Shown: piece after piece, positions 1 through 11,000 of the stretch
Layout of the letters: every line of letters starts with the position of its first letter
Position numbering within the stretch: position 1 is the stretch's first letter
Assembly (NCBI RefSeq): GCF_000400465.1
Contig: NW_008806289.1
Location: 30,001-62,000 of the forward strand
Direction of reading: 5' to 3'
Source of the DNA: Wallemia ichthyophaga EXF-994
Lineage: Eukaryota; Fungi; Basidiomycota
Length of the DNA stretch: 32,000 bases
The notes under the pieces: model-generated
Database searches by the model: none
What the model was told of the DNA's origin: nothing
Seen by the model: the letters and a program-made list of their open reading frames with translations, nothing else
Position numbers and translations under genes: made by a program

Positions 1-2657
1 AGCAAAAAGTTGACCATCACCGCTATCAACATAAACACGCATAAAGCACTATAGATTTTTCCAGTTAGTATTGTCTTGTACACCCATACACAACTCACCT
101 TGGTCCAACCTTATCGTAGTAGCTGACTGCCTCTCTCTTTCTAATCTTGAGTGCGCGCCATACAAATGAAATGGCAGAATATGCTATCGAAGCGAGTGCA
201 GCAAATGTGAACAACGCCGCACTTATCACGCCTGTTCTATCAGCTGTTGATGTGAAATTAACCAGCGCAACTGCTATTGTCGAAATCAACACGGAGAACT
301 GCAACCATTTCAAAAATGTTCGCTCATTAGCAAAGTATACCTTTGGTTCTACTCTAACTGGTACGCATATCTTCTTTCCACTCTCTGCCCTAAACGTATC
401 AACATACTCCACATCATCACCTCGGTTCGCTGTTTCTTCGTCGAGCGCCTTGCCATCTTCATCATCACTGTCGTCGAAAGTGTAATCAATATGATCATTC
501 CTAAAGAACCACGATAAATACGACTTGAGAGTACGTGGTGTTGCTTTCTTCACTTGTGTTGGTATCGTGTGGTAATTTTCCCTATTATCATCCGTACCGC
601 CATACTTGGACGTCTGACGTCTTCCACTGATAAGACTGCTGCTTTCTCTCCCGTGCTCAACGTCATCATTCACTGGCTCTTGTTGATCGAATCGTGACAT
701 TGATCTTTGTCTGACTGCCTTCATTCTGCTCTTTTCTCGACGCACATTCTCGACTCTCGCCTTTTCTGCCTTAATTAGCTCTTCTTGGTAGCTTTGTGGT
801 ATTCTATATGCACTGTGGTGTCTGGCAGGCAGGTTCATTCTATCTCCACCATCGTCCATGTCATCCTCTGTGCCATTAAGTTTTGACTCTTTCCTCATTA
901 ATTCAATCCTCTTGAGCTTCTTGTGATGCTTGCTGTTGTCTTCATCATCTTCATGCTCACTGAGATTTGGTGGTGTTTCTGGTGGTGTTTCTGTTGGTGT
1001 GTGCGGTGTAGACGTCTGTGGTCTCTCAATCATCATGTGTCCAGTTGCTGGTTTGCGGATATCAACATCCATCTGTGGCAACCAGAATGGCAACAAATTC
1101 ACCCTGTTGCCGAGTAATTTAGCGCAACCATGGATGAATTTAGAGAATTTTGGCACCGCCTCGACTAAATGGCTATTAACAAGCTGTCTCACCCACTCAG
1201 GTGGCTCTTGACCCATCTGTGTCTGCAGTTTCACTTCAAGAACAGCGTAAGGAAATCTTTCTATATCTTCCGGTGGGAGTTGGTTGAATGGATAGTCAAT
1301 ACCAATATCCATTCTTCTCCAATTCTCACCCGAACGTTGTCTTCCATCCCAGTTATCTTCTCTGATGAGAGAAAGTTCAGTGTCTAGCGAGATACGCACT
1401 CTTGCGTCACCAGGTAATTGGAAAGCTGTGCGGTTGTAGAAACTTCTCATCACTGGCTGCATTTGTTTTGTTAAAACGGTGTATTGCACCTCCTCAGCCA
1501 GTTGCCTCATTGACTCGATTTCCTTGCCGGATTTCTTGCCCTTAGTCTTCATATCCTTCCAGACTTGATCCATTGTCATCTCACCAGACATGAATGCGTT
1601 AACGATGTCTTCTTTAACAGGAAAACGAGCTTTTACACTCTTCTCACCCGTCCAATCCTCTCTGTGAGTTTTACGTTCGACAAAGATTTGTTTGACATCC
1701 ATACCACCATACCATCTTAGTCTGATAGCTTCAGCGCCTTCGTTCTTCTCAAGCCTACCGAGATAGAATTCAAGGTCTTGGTTGTCATAGTAGATGGAGG
1801 TAATGGCTGAATCTTCTGGGGAGTACTCCTTATCTGGATCATAGACGAGAACCGGAAGGTGTTTGAGTACAAATAGCTTCAAAGGAACGATATTCTCCTC
1901 ATGGACCCAGTACTTTGTGGTCTGTCTAACGAAAGCAGATTGAGTGCCACCAGCAGCACTATCGCCTTGGAAAGGTCTACCACGAGTTCTAACCATTTCA
2001 AACAACCTAGACAGCTGTATAATGAGTGAATCGTAGTTTTCCTTGTAGAATGGCTTGTCATCGAGGAAAGTTTTAACGAAGTCTCTACGCAATTTAAATT
2101 CCGTCTGCTTATCGTGTTTCTTTACTATTTTAATGAAACCGGTGTAATTCAATTTGGTGTAGTTGGCCAAGTCGTGAACGTCTGCAACGAGGACTGCGAG
2201 ATCATCCTCGAGCTCCTTAAAGCGCTCTTCGAATCTACTCAAATCGTAACCACTGCTGTCATCGTCTGGGTGATCGTGGTCATTGTGCTCGCCGCGGCTG
2301 TCATCCGAATCATCAGAATTAGACGGTGGTCTTTCTGAATGCGGGGAAGCAGTTCTGATGTAATCGTTGATTATTTGTTCAGAGAAAGATATTCTATGGG
2401 CTAATTCTGACACCTGGTAGAATATCAGACACTTGCACGTAAAAGCCGCGTCTAAGCATATCTCAACCTACCTTAGCCTTCTGGAAGTCATATATCTTCT
2501 CCAGCTGCCTCTTGAGCTCAGATTTGAAGTCTTCTTCCTTCGATTGATCCCATTCTGCTGAATTGGCCTTTAAGAAATCCTTAAGCTCTGAATACGATAA
2601 ATAGTATTCCTGCCATTCCGCGTATAGATTCGATTTTATACGCTTCCCGAATTTCAT
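1..2657 (-). CDS. VTC4: Vacuolar transporter chaperone 4 (polyphosphate polymerase; SPX + VTC + 3-TM domain); 3' end runs off the window
   Basis: SPX start MKFGKRIK..EWQEYYLSYSELK at 2657, with LNYTGFIKIVKKHDK. Catalytic-domain motifs RQTTKYWVH, AIRLRWYG, ERKTHREDWTGEKSVKARF, YAVLEVKLQ, VPKFSKFIHG. TM region VRVEPKVYFANERTFLKW. GT-AG introns at 2414-2471 and 49-98 restore the frame (KAK|VSELAH; GP|SALCVFML). Confidence 0.96.
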
Positions 2658-2973
2658 TAATATCGTTCGTGTTCAAGGGATTTTACATTCGATGAGATCA
2701 GCGGCAGTTACGCAGATTGCGCACGTTGATGAATATTTTCTTTTCCTTTAATCTGGTTGCCTCACAAATACTCATCTTGAATTGCTTATATCTCCTTCCT
2801 AATTCAATTCCTCGTTGCTCCACGTTTTGCCAAAATTTGATTTTAATTTGCATGTCAATTAAATTACATATATTCTCAAACATGTACATATTCATCTTTC
2901 AAATTTAAATCCCCTTGATTTTATCCTTTCTTTCGAAAAATTCCGACCTCCACATACTTTGGCAAGTGGCTGG

Positions 2974-4494
2974 CTACACATCATCATAATCATAGTCCTC
3001 AATGTATCCAATGCCATCTGCTTTCCAACCATCGCAATCATCCTCCCAGTCTTCGTCTTCACCCTCACTCTCCTCCTCCTCTAGCGGCTTAATCTCGGTT
3101 CGATAGCTGCCGAAACCGTCGTCGTCATTACTTCGGCTGAGTAGGGAGCGAACCTTGTCATCAATTTGCTTGTTATACTCTTTGCTCCTCTTAATCGCGC
3201 CAGGTGAATCCAAAGACATGTCGCCGAGTTTTGATTTGACTGTCTCATTGTGATTATCTGGAGAGTGAGATTCCCGAGATAATTGTCGCTGATTCATTGG
3301 TATATAATCCTCTATATAATCCTCCATATCAGTTTCATCATCACTCAATTCTTCAGCTTTCTTGTTTTTGCGCTTTTGCATGTGCATGTGTGGTATAATG
3401 CTTATTTGCTGACCTGTACTCTCTAATTCAATTTGCGTTGGCTCATGATGTATATCCTGTCTATCAGCCAGCTTCTGACTTTGAGGTAATGTAATTTTAT
3501 TTGGATACTTGAACGTTGTCTTTGATTTCTTTTTGGATATCGTTGCTTTACTTTGGTTATCTGGTGACTTTGCACGCTTCTGTCCTCTTTGAGAGGGTTG
3601 AGAGGATTGTAACCCTTGCAAGGCTTGTGACTGAGACAGCGACGGCTGTGACTGAGCGATTGTCGATTGTGAACTAAACAATTCTTGTGTTTGTGGGTTA
3701 TCAATGTAAGTTGATATTGTATTGGCTGGGAGTGGAGGTAGAACGACAGCCTTGTTGTTACCATTGCTATTACCATTGCTATTGCTGCTGCCCCTAACGT
3801 TGCTACTTGAAGGTCTTGGTGATTCAAACAGCGGTTTAAAAGCCTTTTTCGCAGGTGTATTCATCATGTCTTCATCTTCATCTTCGTCTTTTTCAATTTG
3901 TCCAACTTGCTCGTTGGTTTCGTGGGTATTACCGTCATCTTCCTCGGCCTCTTCAATTTTAAGCATTTCACCGCGCTGTTTCTTTGGAGTGTTTGGTACG
4001 TTCTCACCACGCAATCTTTTTCTAGCCTTCGTACGCGGTGTCCAGCCTGCCGTTTGTGTACTTAGTGTATTCTTATTCGGGCTAATCGTGTTGAGACGCT
4101 GTTTAAATGTCATTGGTGACGCCTGTGAGTGGTCTAGTTTCTTTGGTGTAACTGATTTCGTTGGAGTTTTGAACACTGCAGGTGTCTTCTTCTTTGGAGT
4201 GCTAGTGCTAGTGCTAGTCGTGGTGCTAGTTATCTGTTCCTGCTGTTCCTTCTGTTCCTGTTTCTCCTGCCTCTCCTGCTTCTCCCGCCCCTCGAATCCC
4301 CCAGCCTTTTTTATTTTCCCGTAAGCCTTGTATTTGAGTGCTTATACTCGTATAAGCTCATGCCACCACCATATCAAACGAAACGCACCAATTTCAGGAA
4401 AATTCTTAATATCCTCCTTGCCTGGCTTTCTGTTGTATTCAGTGTGGAAATGCTTCTCCCAGTTCTTCAACTCGTTGCGCAGACCGACGTCCAT
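2974..4494 (-). CDS. SLD2: DNA replication initiation factor Sld2/Drc1-like protein
   Basis: Exon 1 (4494-4389, not in the ORF track) gives MDVGLRNELKNWEKHFHTEYNRKPGKEDIKNFPEI. After intron 4341-4388 (GTGCGT..TAAG) it continues ALKYKAY, matching the Sld2/RecQ4 N-terminal helical motif. The rest is a disordered region with 13 S/T-P candidate CDK sites and an acidic tail. Confidence 0.85.
4197..4286 (-). repeat. Low-complexity coding tandem repeats in SLD2 (EKQ/EQK-type 9-mers and a TS hexamer repeat)
   Basis: Plus strand shows gctagtgctagtgctagt and ctgttcc/ctcctg units. These encode EKQERQEKQEQKEQQEQ and TSTTTSTSTST. Confidence 0.8.
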
Positions 4495-4530
4495 CGTGTT
4501 AGCCGTTGACTGTCACGGAGGAAAAACGAA

Positions 4531-6039
4531 ATGAACATTGGAAGCTATTCAAAATCTGTAGCCTTATCGACAATACTAGCTGGCTCTATAAAAGTTTTTA
4601 ATTTCATTATAAACCAGTCTAGCCTTAGTTACGTCGATCCTGCAAGTCTCGGCAGCTATTCGTACAAATTGGAGTTGTCTTATACATCAATTCAACAGCT
4701 GTCAAAGGATTCTGTTGGATTAGCTTGCTTGAACGGTCATTTGACCTCTCAGCAGTCTCTTAACATCGCTTTTATTTCTATTCCACTCAACGTCATCACC
4801 ATTCTTATCACTCGATTATTTTTCATCGGCTATAATGGCGTTGAGAGTGATTTCAATACTGCTCTTAATCTTTACTCTCTTTCCTCCCTTCTTGAAGCCT
4901 TAATCGAGCCACTCAAGTTTCACTCAATTAGACGCGCAAATCTTAATAAAAAGTCTTTTATTGATTGTCTTGCTTTTGCTATCAAATCGATTGCCACTCT
5001 AGCTCTCCTCACGCGTCACAGCACACAACACCCACTCACTTGCTACGCTATAGCTCAACTATCCTACTCTTTCATTCAATTTGCCGGCTACATCACTGAA
5101 ATTTTCTCCTTCTACCCACAGCGACTACACACTGAACCTTTCCTCAGCCGCTCCTCCTTACTCTCCCTCCGGGCCCTCTCAACTCAAGCCCTCATAAAGC
5201 TAGCTCTCACACAAGGCGACAAATTCATTATTTCCTCACACCTCTCTCCCTCTGACCAAGGCGCTTTCGCTCTTGCAGACAACTATGGCAGTATCCTTGC
5301 GCGCATCGTCTTCCTCCCCATCGAAGAAACCTCCAGGGTGTACTTCTCTAACAACAAGGCGCCCCAATCTTTAGCTACAGTGTTGGGTGTTGTGCTGCAT
5401 GCTTACTCTCTCCTCCTCGTCATACTACCAGCATTTTTACCCAACTATGTCCAATCTATCCTCCAAATCCTTTTACCACGATACGCAAACTCAAACGCAT
5501 CTTCTATACTCCCTCATTATAGTCTTTATATCCCCTTGATGGCTTTCAATGGTATTCTTGAGTCGTTTCTGCATAGCACCGCCTCCTCAGCTCAGATTGA
5601 CAAACATTCGAAATTTTTAACACTCATTTCATTTTTGTTGATGCCTTCGATATACCTTGCACTCAGTTATACACCACCCTCAACACACTCACTCATTATT
5701 GTTTACTCCAACATAGCTAATCTAGGATTAAGGGGGGCATACGCGTACAAATATGCCTCTCGAACAATGCGTATGTCTAATATTTCCCCAAGCAAGTCTG
5801 TCGCTCTTGCATGTGTTGCTGCAGGGGTAATAACGCGTTTTACATTATTCAACTGCTCTCTCGTCAGTCACATGGTCACTGGAGGCGTATGTGCATTAAG
5901 TGTTCTTCTAATCATGTGGGTGTGGTTTTGGATTGCGGCTGACCAAAAAACAGACTAATAGTTCTACAGATATACAGCGGAACGTCAGTGGTTTGTTTCA
6001 ACCTTACACCAAATGAAAAAGGATGAAAAGTTGGAGTAA
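4531..6039 (+). CDS. RFT1: Rft1, ER lipid-linked oligosaccharide translocation protein
   Basis: Polytopic hydrophobic protein with LTQGDKF, DQGAFALADNYGSILARIVFLPIEETSRVYFS and YIPLMAFNGILESF. A probable terminal intron at 5916-5969 gives the C-terminus IYTAERQWFVSTLHQMKKDEKLE*. Confidence 0.92.
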
Positions 6040-6062
6040 TACATGCATGTCTAATATCAAGT

Positions 6063-7205
6063 CTATTGGGGTTTGTAGAATGGGTAACTTGGTTTGCCTT
6101 GTTAGCTTTGCTAGATTTCCAAATGAACAAAGAAGGACCTACTCTGTGTATCCTTTTTCGCCTCCGCTGTAGTAAGTCGTACTATCAGGCTCATTGAGTG
6201 GCCAACCGTTCCGCAACCGCTCTGGAAGATCTGGGTTACTGACAAAGTGTTTTCCAAACGCCACAATCTCGTCAAACTCCTCAGCTCTACGATTAGCCAC
6301 ATCGAGTGCATAACACAAGTTGGAAATGACGGGGATACCCGCCATCTTAATCTGTGACTTGAGTTCATCCCCCATTTTAATATCTTGGTCGCTGAACCCT
6401 TCCACAAAATGTATGTAGGCGAGGTTAGGTAAGTTTTGTACGAGGATTCGCACCAAAGGTTCGAAAGCAGAGTAAGGATCTTCGCCCGCTCTCATACCCT
6501 GGTATCTGGAGAAAGGGGAGATACGCACGCCAGTTCTGCGTTCACCCACCGCCATAGCCGTGCTTTCTACGACCTGGAATGGGAAAGCGAGGTTATTGAG
6601 ACCGCCGAAGCCGTCCGTGCGCGTATGTGAGAGCTGTATAGCCTGATCGAGCAGATATCCGTTACTAGAAGGAAATGTTACAACGTGTCTTACTACGCAC
6701 TACGCACCCACGCTGCATGTATTTCTACGCCATCGAAACGTGCGCCTGCGACGGCATTTACAGCCGCCTGACTGAAATGGCTAATGTATCTGCGCACATC
6801 CGTCTCTGAGAGCTGGGAGACGATGTTACCGTTGTAAACGTCGTGCGACATGCCAACCACGTTGACGAGTGCAGGGTCAGCGATGCGACCGAGTGCATAC
6901 AGCTGACAGAAGATATATCCACCAGCTTCGTGCACGCCGTCGACGACTTGGCGCCAGCGCTCTATCTGCCGCTGTGTGTATATGCCAGGGAGTCGGGGGA
7001 GGCCGCCTGCCTCGCGCGCTGGGAGAGTCGCCTCGCTCAGTATTAAGCCGCCCTCGCTTGCACGCTGGCGGTAGTAGAGGGGCGTGTGCGGTGATAGAAC
7101 ACCGTCATCGTCGACTCGCATTCGTGTCAGCGGAGCCATGGCTATGCGATGGCGCAGGGTGCATTCACCGAGCATTTTTGGGCTGAATAGGCCATGGAGA
7201 CGCAT
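6063..7205 (-). CDS. Old Yellow Enzyme family NADH:flavin oxidoreductase (ene-reductase)
   Basis: HRIAMAPLTRMR, YYRQRA, SEAT, GGYIFCQL. Intron 6665-6711 joins EIHAA|NGYLLDQ, giving the H-x-x-N-x-Y active site. Also GVRISPF and FGKHFVSNPDL. Intron 6088-6142 gives GYT|DYPFYKPQ*. Confidence 0.93.
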
Positions 7206-7291
7206 GGTTTAGTCGTGGCGGGTGTAAGCGGGTGTGAGCCAAGAGAGAAGACGGGTGGTTGATTAGACACCGTCATCACTCAAGGCACACA

Positions 7292-7964
7292 ATGGCCACT
7301 GTCATTCAGCTGAAAACCAGCCAGGGCGATATCGATTTGGAGCTCTACGTTAACCACGCACCTAAAGTGGGTGGATACTTACGACGCTTAGCACCCAGCT
7401 CACTCGCCAGACTTGCAACAACTTCAGCCAACTCGTGCAGCGCGGCTACTATAACGGCGTCGCATTCCATCGTATCGTGTGCGTGTGCCGTCCTGCGCGA
7501 TATCCCCTTCTAACACCCACTCCAGGCAGGATTTCATGATTCAGGTGCGCTAAGCTCGCCCCTTCAAACTAACTTGACTCACTTTCCTCCTTTACAGGGC
7601 GGTGATCCAACAGGAACTGGTCGAGGCGGTACATCGGTTTATGGGGGTAAATTGTGAGTCATTAGCCGGCCGGCAGATGCACAACTGAAAAAGCCCCAGC
7701 GAAGATGAAATTAACCCAGAATTGCGCTTCACAGGCGCTGGTATCCTTGCAATGGCCAACGCGGGCCCGAACACCAACGGCTCTCAATTCTTTATCACGC
7801 TCTCCCCCACTCCCTATCTAGACGGCAAGCACACCATCTTCGGCCGCGTTTTGCGCGGTATGCGCGTCGTACAGCGCATGGCAAATGTCGTCGTCGATAA
7901 GGCTGACAGACCAATCGAGGATGTCAAAATATACAACGCATCAATCCAGCAAATGATTGAATAG
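7292..7964 (+). CDS. PPIL1: Spliceosomal cyclophilin PPIL1-like peptidyl-prolyl isomerase (5 exons)
   Basis: Exons 7292-7366, 7411-7478, 7526-7544, 7598-7653 and 7700-7964 give [95 protein letters not shown]. Confidence 0.9.
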
Positions 7965-8022
7965 TAATTGTAGTTTAGATGTATTTTATTAATTATCTTA
8001 TGAAAATTTTAGCTCAATCTTT

Positions 8023-11000
8023 CTATCTACTCCGGTCCGTCTCACTCAGCCCACTAAGCATCGTTTCTCTGATGCGTCGGGATACAATTTGCAGGAATAC
8101 CTGCGTTGATCGAACATCCAACCCTTTAATCATCTCGCTACTTAACTCCAAGTTGTCTATCTTGGACAGTGTCGGTGTGACAAGGTGAGACATCTCTCTT
8201 GATATAGCATAGCTGTCGATATTCCCGTATGGCTTCATCGACGTTGACAACGACAGATTTGACTTCTGGTTGAGATTCATGTAAAATTCAGCATGACGCC
8301 AAATCAGCACCAGCATCATTTCTATTCTTACTAAACGGGACTTGAGAACTTTAGCAATAGACTGCTGCATTACTTCAATCTGCAATGACGGCGATTGCTG
8401 CATTTTAAACTGGTGCTCTTTAAAGTCGAACACTGTGCCATAGAACAGCGAAACTAACTCCTTTAGTCCCGTCACAGCTTGACCGAGGCTAGGTGACGAG
8501 GTCGATGCTTGGTGCAAGTCCTGTCCGTCTTTGAATTGAGGGAAAACTGGTAGCAGCAGTGGTCTGAATGACGTCGAATTCGACCGCCTAGAGATTGTAA
8601 GGTAATTCAGCAGCCACTCGTTCACCTTCTCCACTGCGACTGAAGCAATTATCGAGAACTTGGATGACTCGTTACCACCTTTTGAAACTATCTGTGCATC
8701 ATCCCGTTCTGTATCGGTAAACGGCACGACTCTGTCTATCCAGTTTGCACGTGTCATGTATTTCGTCGAAAGGTTGAGAATCGCCGTATGGAAAGCGCCG
8801 AACGCAGATGGGGAGATCTGTTGTACAGCTGTGTTAGTGTGTGTTATCACAAGATACCTCTCAACCCACAAGATCATCATCCGAAACTACAGCTTGAACT
8901 TGATTGAGTATGCAAACGATCAAATGATGCTCGCGTACGAGTGCGACGGAAGTCAATGATGGGTTATCACGTAAAATCTCCAAAAAGACTTCACGATGCG
9001 CATACACGAATCCAAGTGCCTGGTGTGATGAGTAAGTAAATGCTCAAGTACTGCGCATAGACACACCTCTTTAGCAGCCGCAGTAGAAGTTGAGCCAACG
9101 GACGATAGTACTGTCGAGGCGAGTTGTAGGGTGGGAAGGAGGAGCTGATGGTAACGCTCGGCAGCTGGTGGGAGGAAACTCTCGTAGTCTGTACCAGAGG
9201 TCAGATTACTCTTACGAGAAAAACGTACTCACCCATCAGAGTCTCTTCCCCGGAAGGACGACAAGAGATGAATTCGCACTGTGCGAGAACTGTAAACAGT
9301 TGAGCGTCAAGTAGCTTTTCGGCGCCTTTGTTGTCCTGCGCCATACGCAAAAGACTAGACATCTTGGCCTCAAACACGTAAAGTGGGTTGAGAGATTCTA
9401 GCGTACAATTTAATAAGATCCACACAACTGCAAGTGACTCACCTGGATCGTTTTGTATAATATTGATGAGCACATCCTCGCGATCCTTAACTGATTGAAT
9501 GAAGTTACGCAAAAAGCCATGTTTGACAATGATGTTGAGTGGTGCATGTGATCCACTCTTGCTCGAAAGTGCAACAAGACCATCAAGTACACTAAACGCC
9601 ACCGTTTTCCACACTTCACTACCATCAACGCAATCTCTACATATGATAGGGATCAACTGTTGGAAAGCACTTTCTAGGAGGTATTGACTTTCGCTTTCCA
9701 AATTGCCGTGTGATATGCTTTGTATGTTGACAATTTGCAGATAGTTATGCAAAACAGAGTAAAGATTTCCGCGCACTATCACAGTCGTGCCCGGTTTAAC
9801 GATAACTTCAATCACCTGACGCAATACACTACCAAGTCTGTCGCTAGGCATGGTGTACAACCTCTCATCGAGATCTGCTTCAGAAAGACTACTAAATGTA
9901 ACGCGCAATTTGGTGATTAACGAGAGAATAACGCTAGAAAGCAACTCGAGTGTAGCAGGTGAAACGTCGACGTTTGTCAATTTAGGAAGAATGGTGGAAA
10001 TGATATTGAGTAGAACATTCTCCCGTCTGTCACCTCCAATCACATCAAAGCATTTACTCAGTATTATGTCAAGAATACGACGCCAGCTCTCGAGATTGAA
10101 TTGACGGGCGTAATGTACTTGACGACGACGATTATCCGCTGACAAGAAACGCATTATCTCTCTAATCTCTCCTTTCACCTGCTCGTGCTGGGTGGGTGAT
10201 GCGATGACGCCGCTCTTTGACAAGTGGCGTCTGTAACCAGAGAGGAGAGTTAATAGTGACTTAAAGTCGTATATAATACTGCCATGCTCATCTGTCTTTA
10301 AGCATGTCGATAAATCAATTCCGTTGAAGAAGGTCACTGACAAGTCAGTACTTGTTTCATCATCCACATAATCGAGATCAAGAGATTGATAGATATCTAA
10401 AATCTTGATGAGCGACTGGTCGAATTGCTGGGTGTGCTCCATCATTTCTCCAAACTCATTCTCATTCTCTATGACTTGGAATTGCTGCGTATCTGAAAAC
10501 AGTACGTCTACTAATCTGCTCACACGCTGCATTTGTGATGCATTGCTTAGAGCGTGTAACTCGAGAGCCACAATATCGAGCAGCCATCCCCTGAATCTAA
10601 GGAAAGATGCTAGAGATGCCGCTGTAGTCTGAAGCACGCTCCCATCGCCATAGCTTACCAAACCTAACGGTTGGGATGCTGCATTGTGTGCGCTCTGCTT
10701 AATAGGCAGAGCCTGTAGCTGTCTATAGAAGAAGTCCTCGCGGTTTCTGAGATATCTAAGAGTAGCATTCGATGTCAATTCCGAGATGGTGAGTTGGTAA
10801 ATGAGGCGGTAGCACTTTTCAGCGAGGATAGGATGTCTAATGAACAGAGGTAAATCATCGTCTTCATCACTGATACCTTGACCCAAAAGTGAAAATATGA
10901 CGTGAAGGCAGGACACCTTGGTAGATTGATTCGAAGGATCTTCTATCTCTATTTCGGATGGCGATGCGGATTGGAGATTGAATCCAAGTAAGAAGTGCGC

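Noticed and set aside
147-2338. Plus-strand ORFs over VTC4 (147-485, 923-1387, 2114-2338)
   Set aside because: Antisense shadows of a well-supported minus-strand gene, with no motifs of their own.
2698-2908. 65-aa minus ORF and 63-aa plus ORF in the SLD2-VTC4 gap (possible LYR-type microprotein or uORF)
   Set aside because: No LYR or other motif and no convincing splice structure. The length is within chance for AT-rich DNA. Unresolved without RNA data.
3722-4324. 200-aa plus-strand ORF with Leu/Val/Ser runs that look like TM segments
   Set aside because: It is the reverse complement of the low-complexity SLD2 repeats, which produce stop-poor antisense frames.
6063-7205. OYE as a tailoring enzyme of the NRPS-like cluster
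   Set aside because: It lies ~19 kb away, separated by ten or more housekeeping genes, with no linkage evidence.
7810-7840. Tyr in place of the cyclosporin-binding Trp in the cyclophilin (PTPYLDGKH)
   Set aside because: Substitution at this site is common in non-CypA cyclophilins and is not notable alone.
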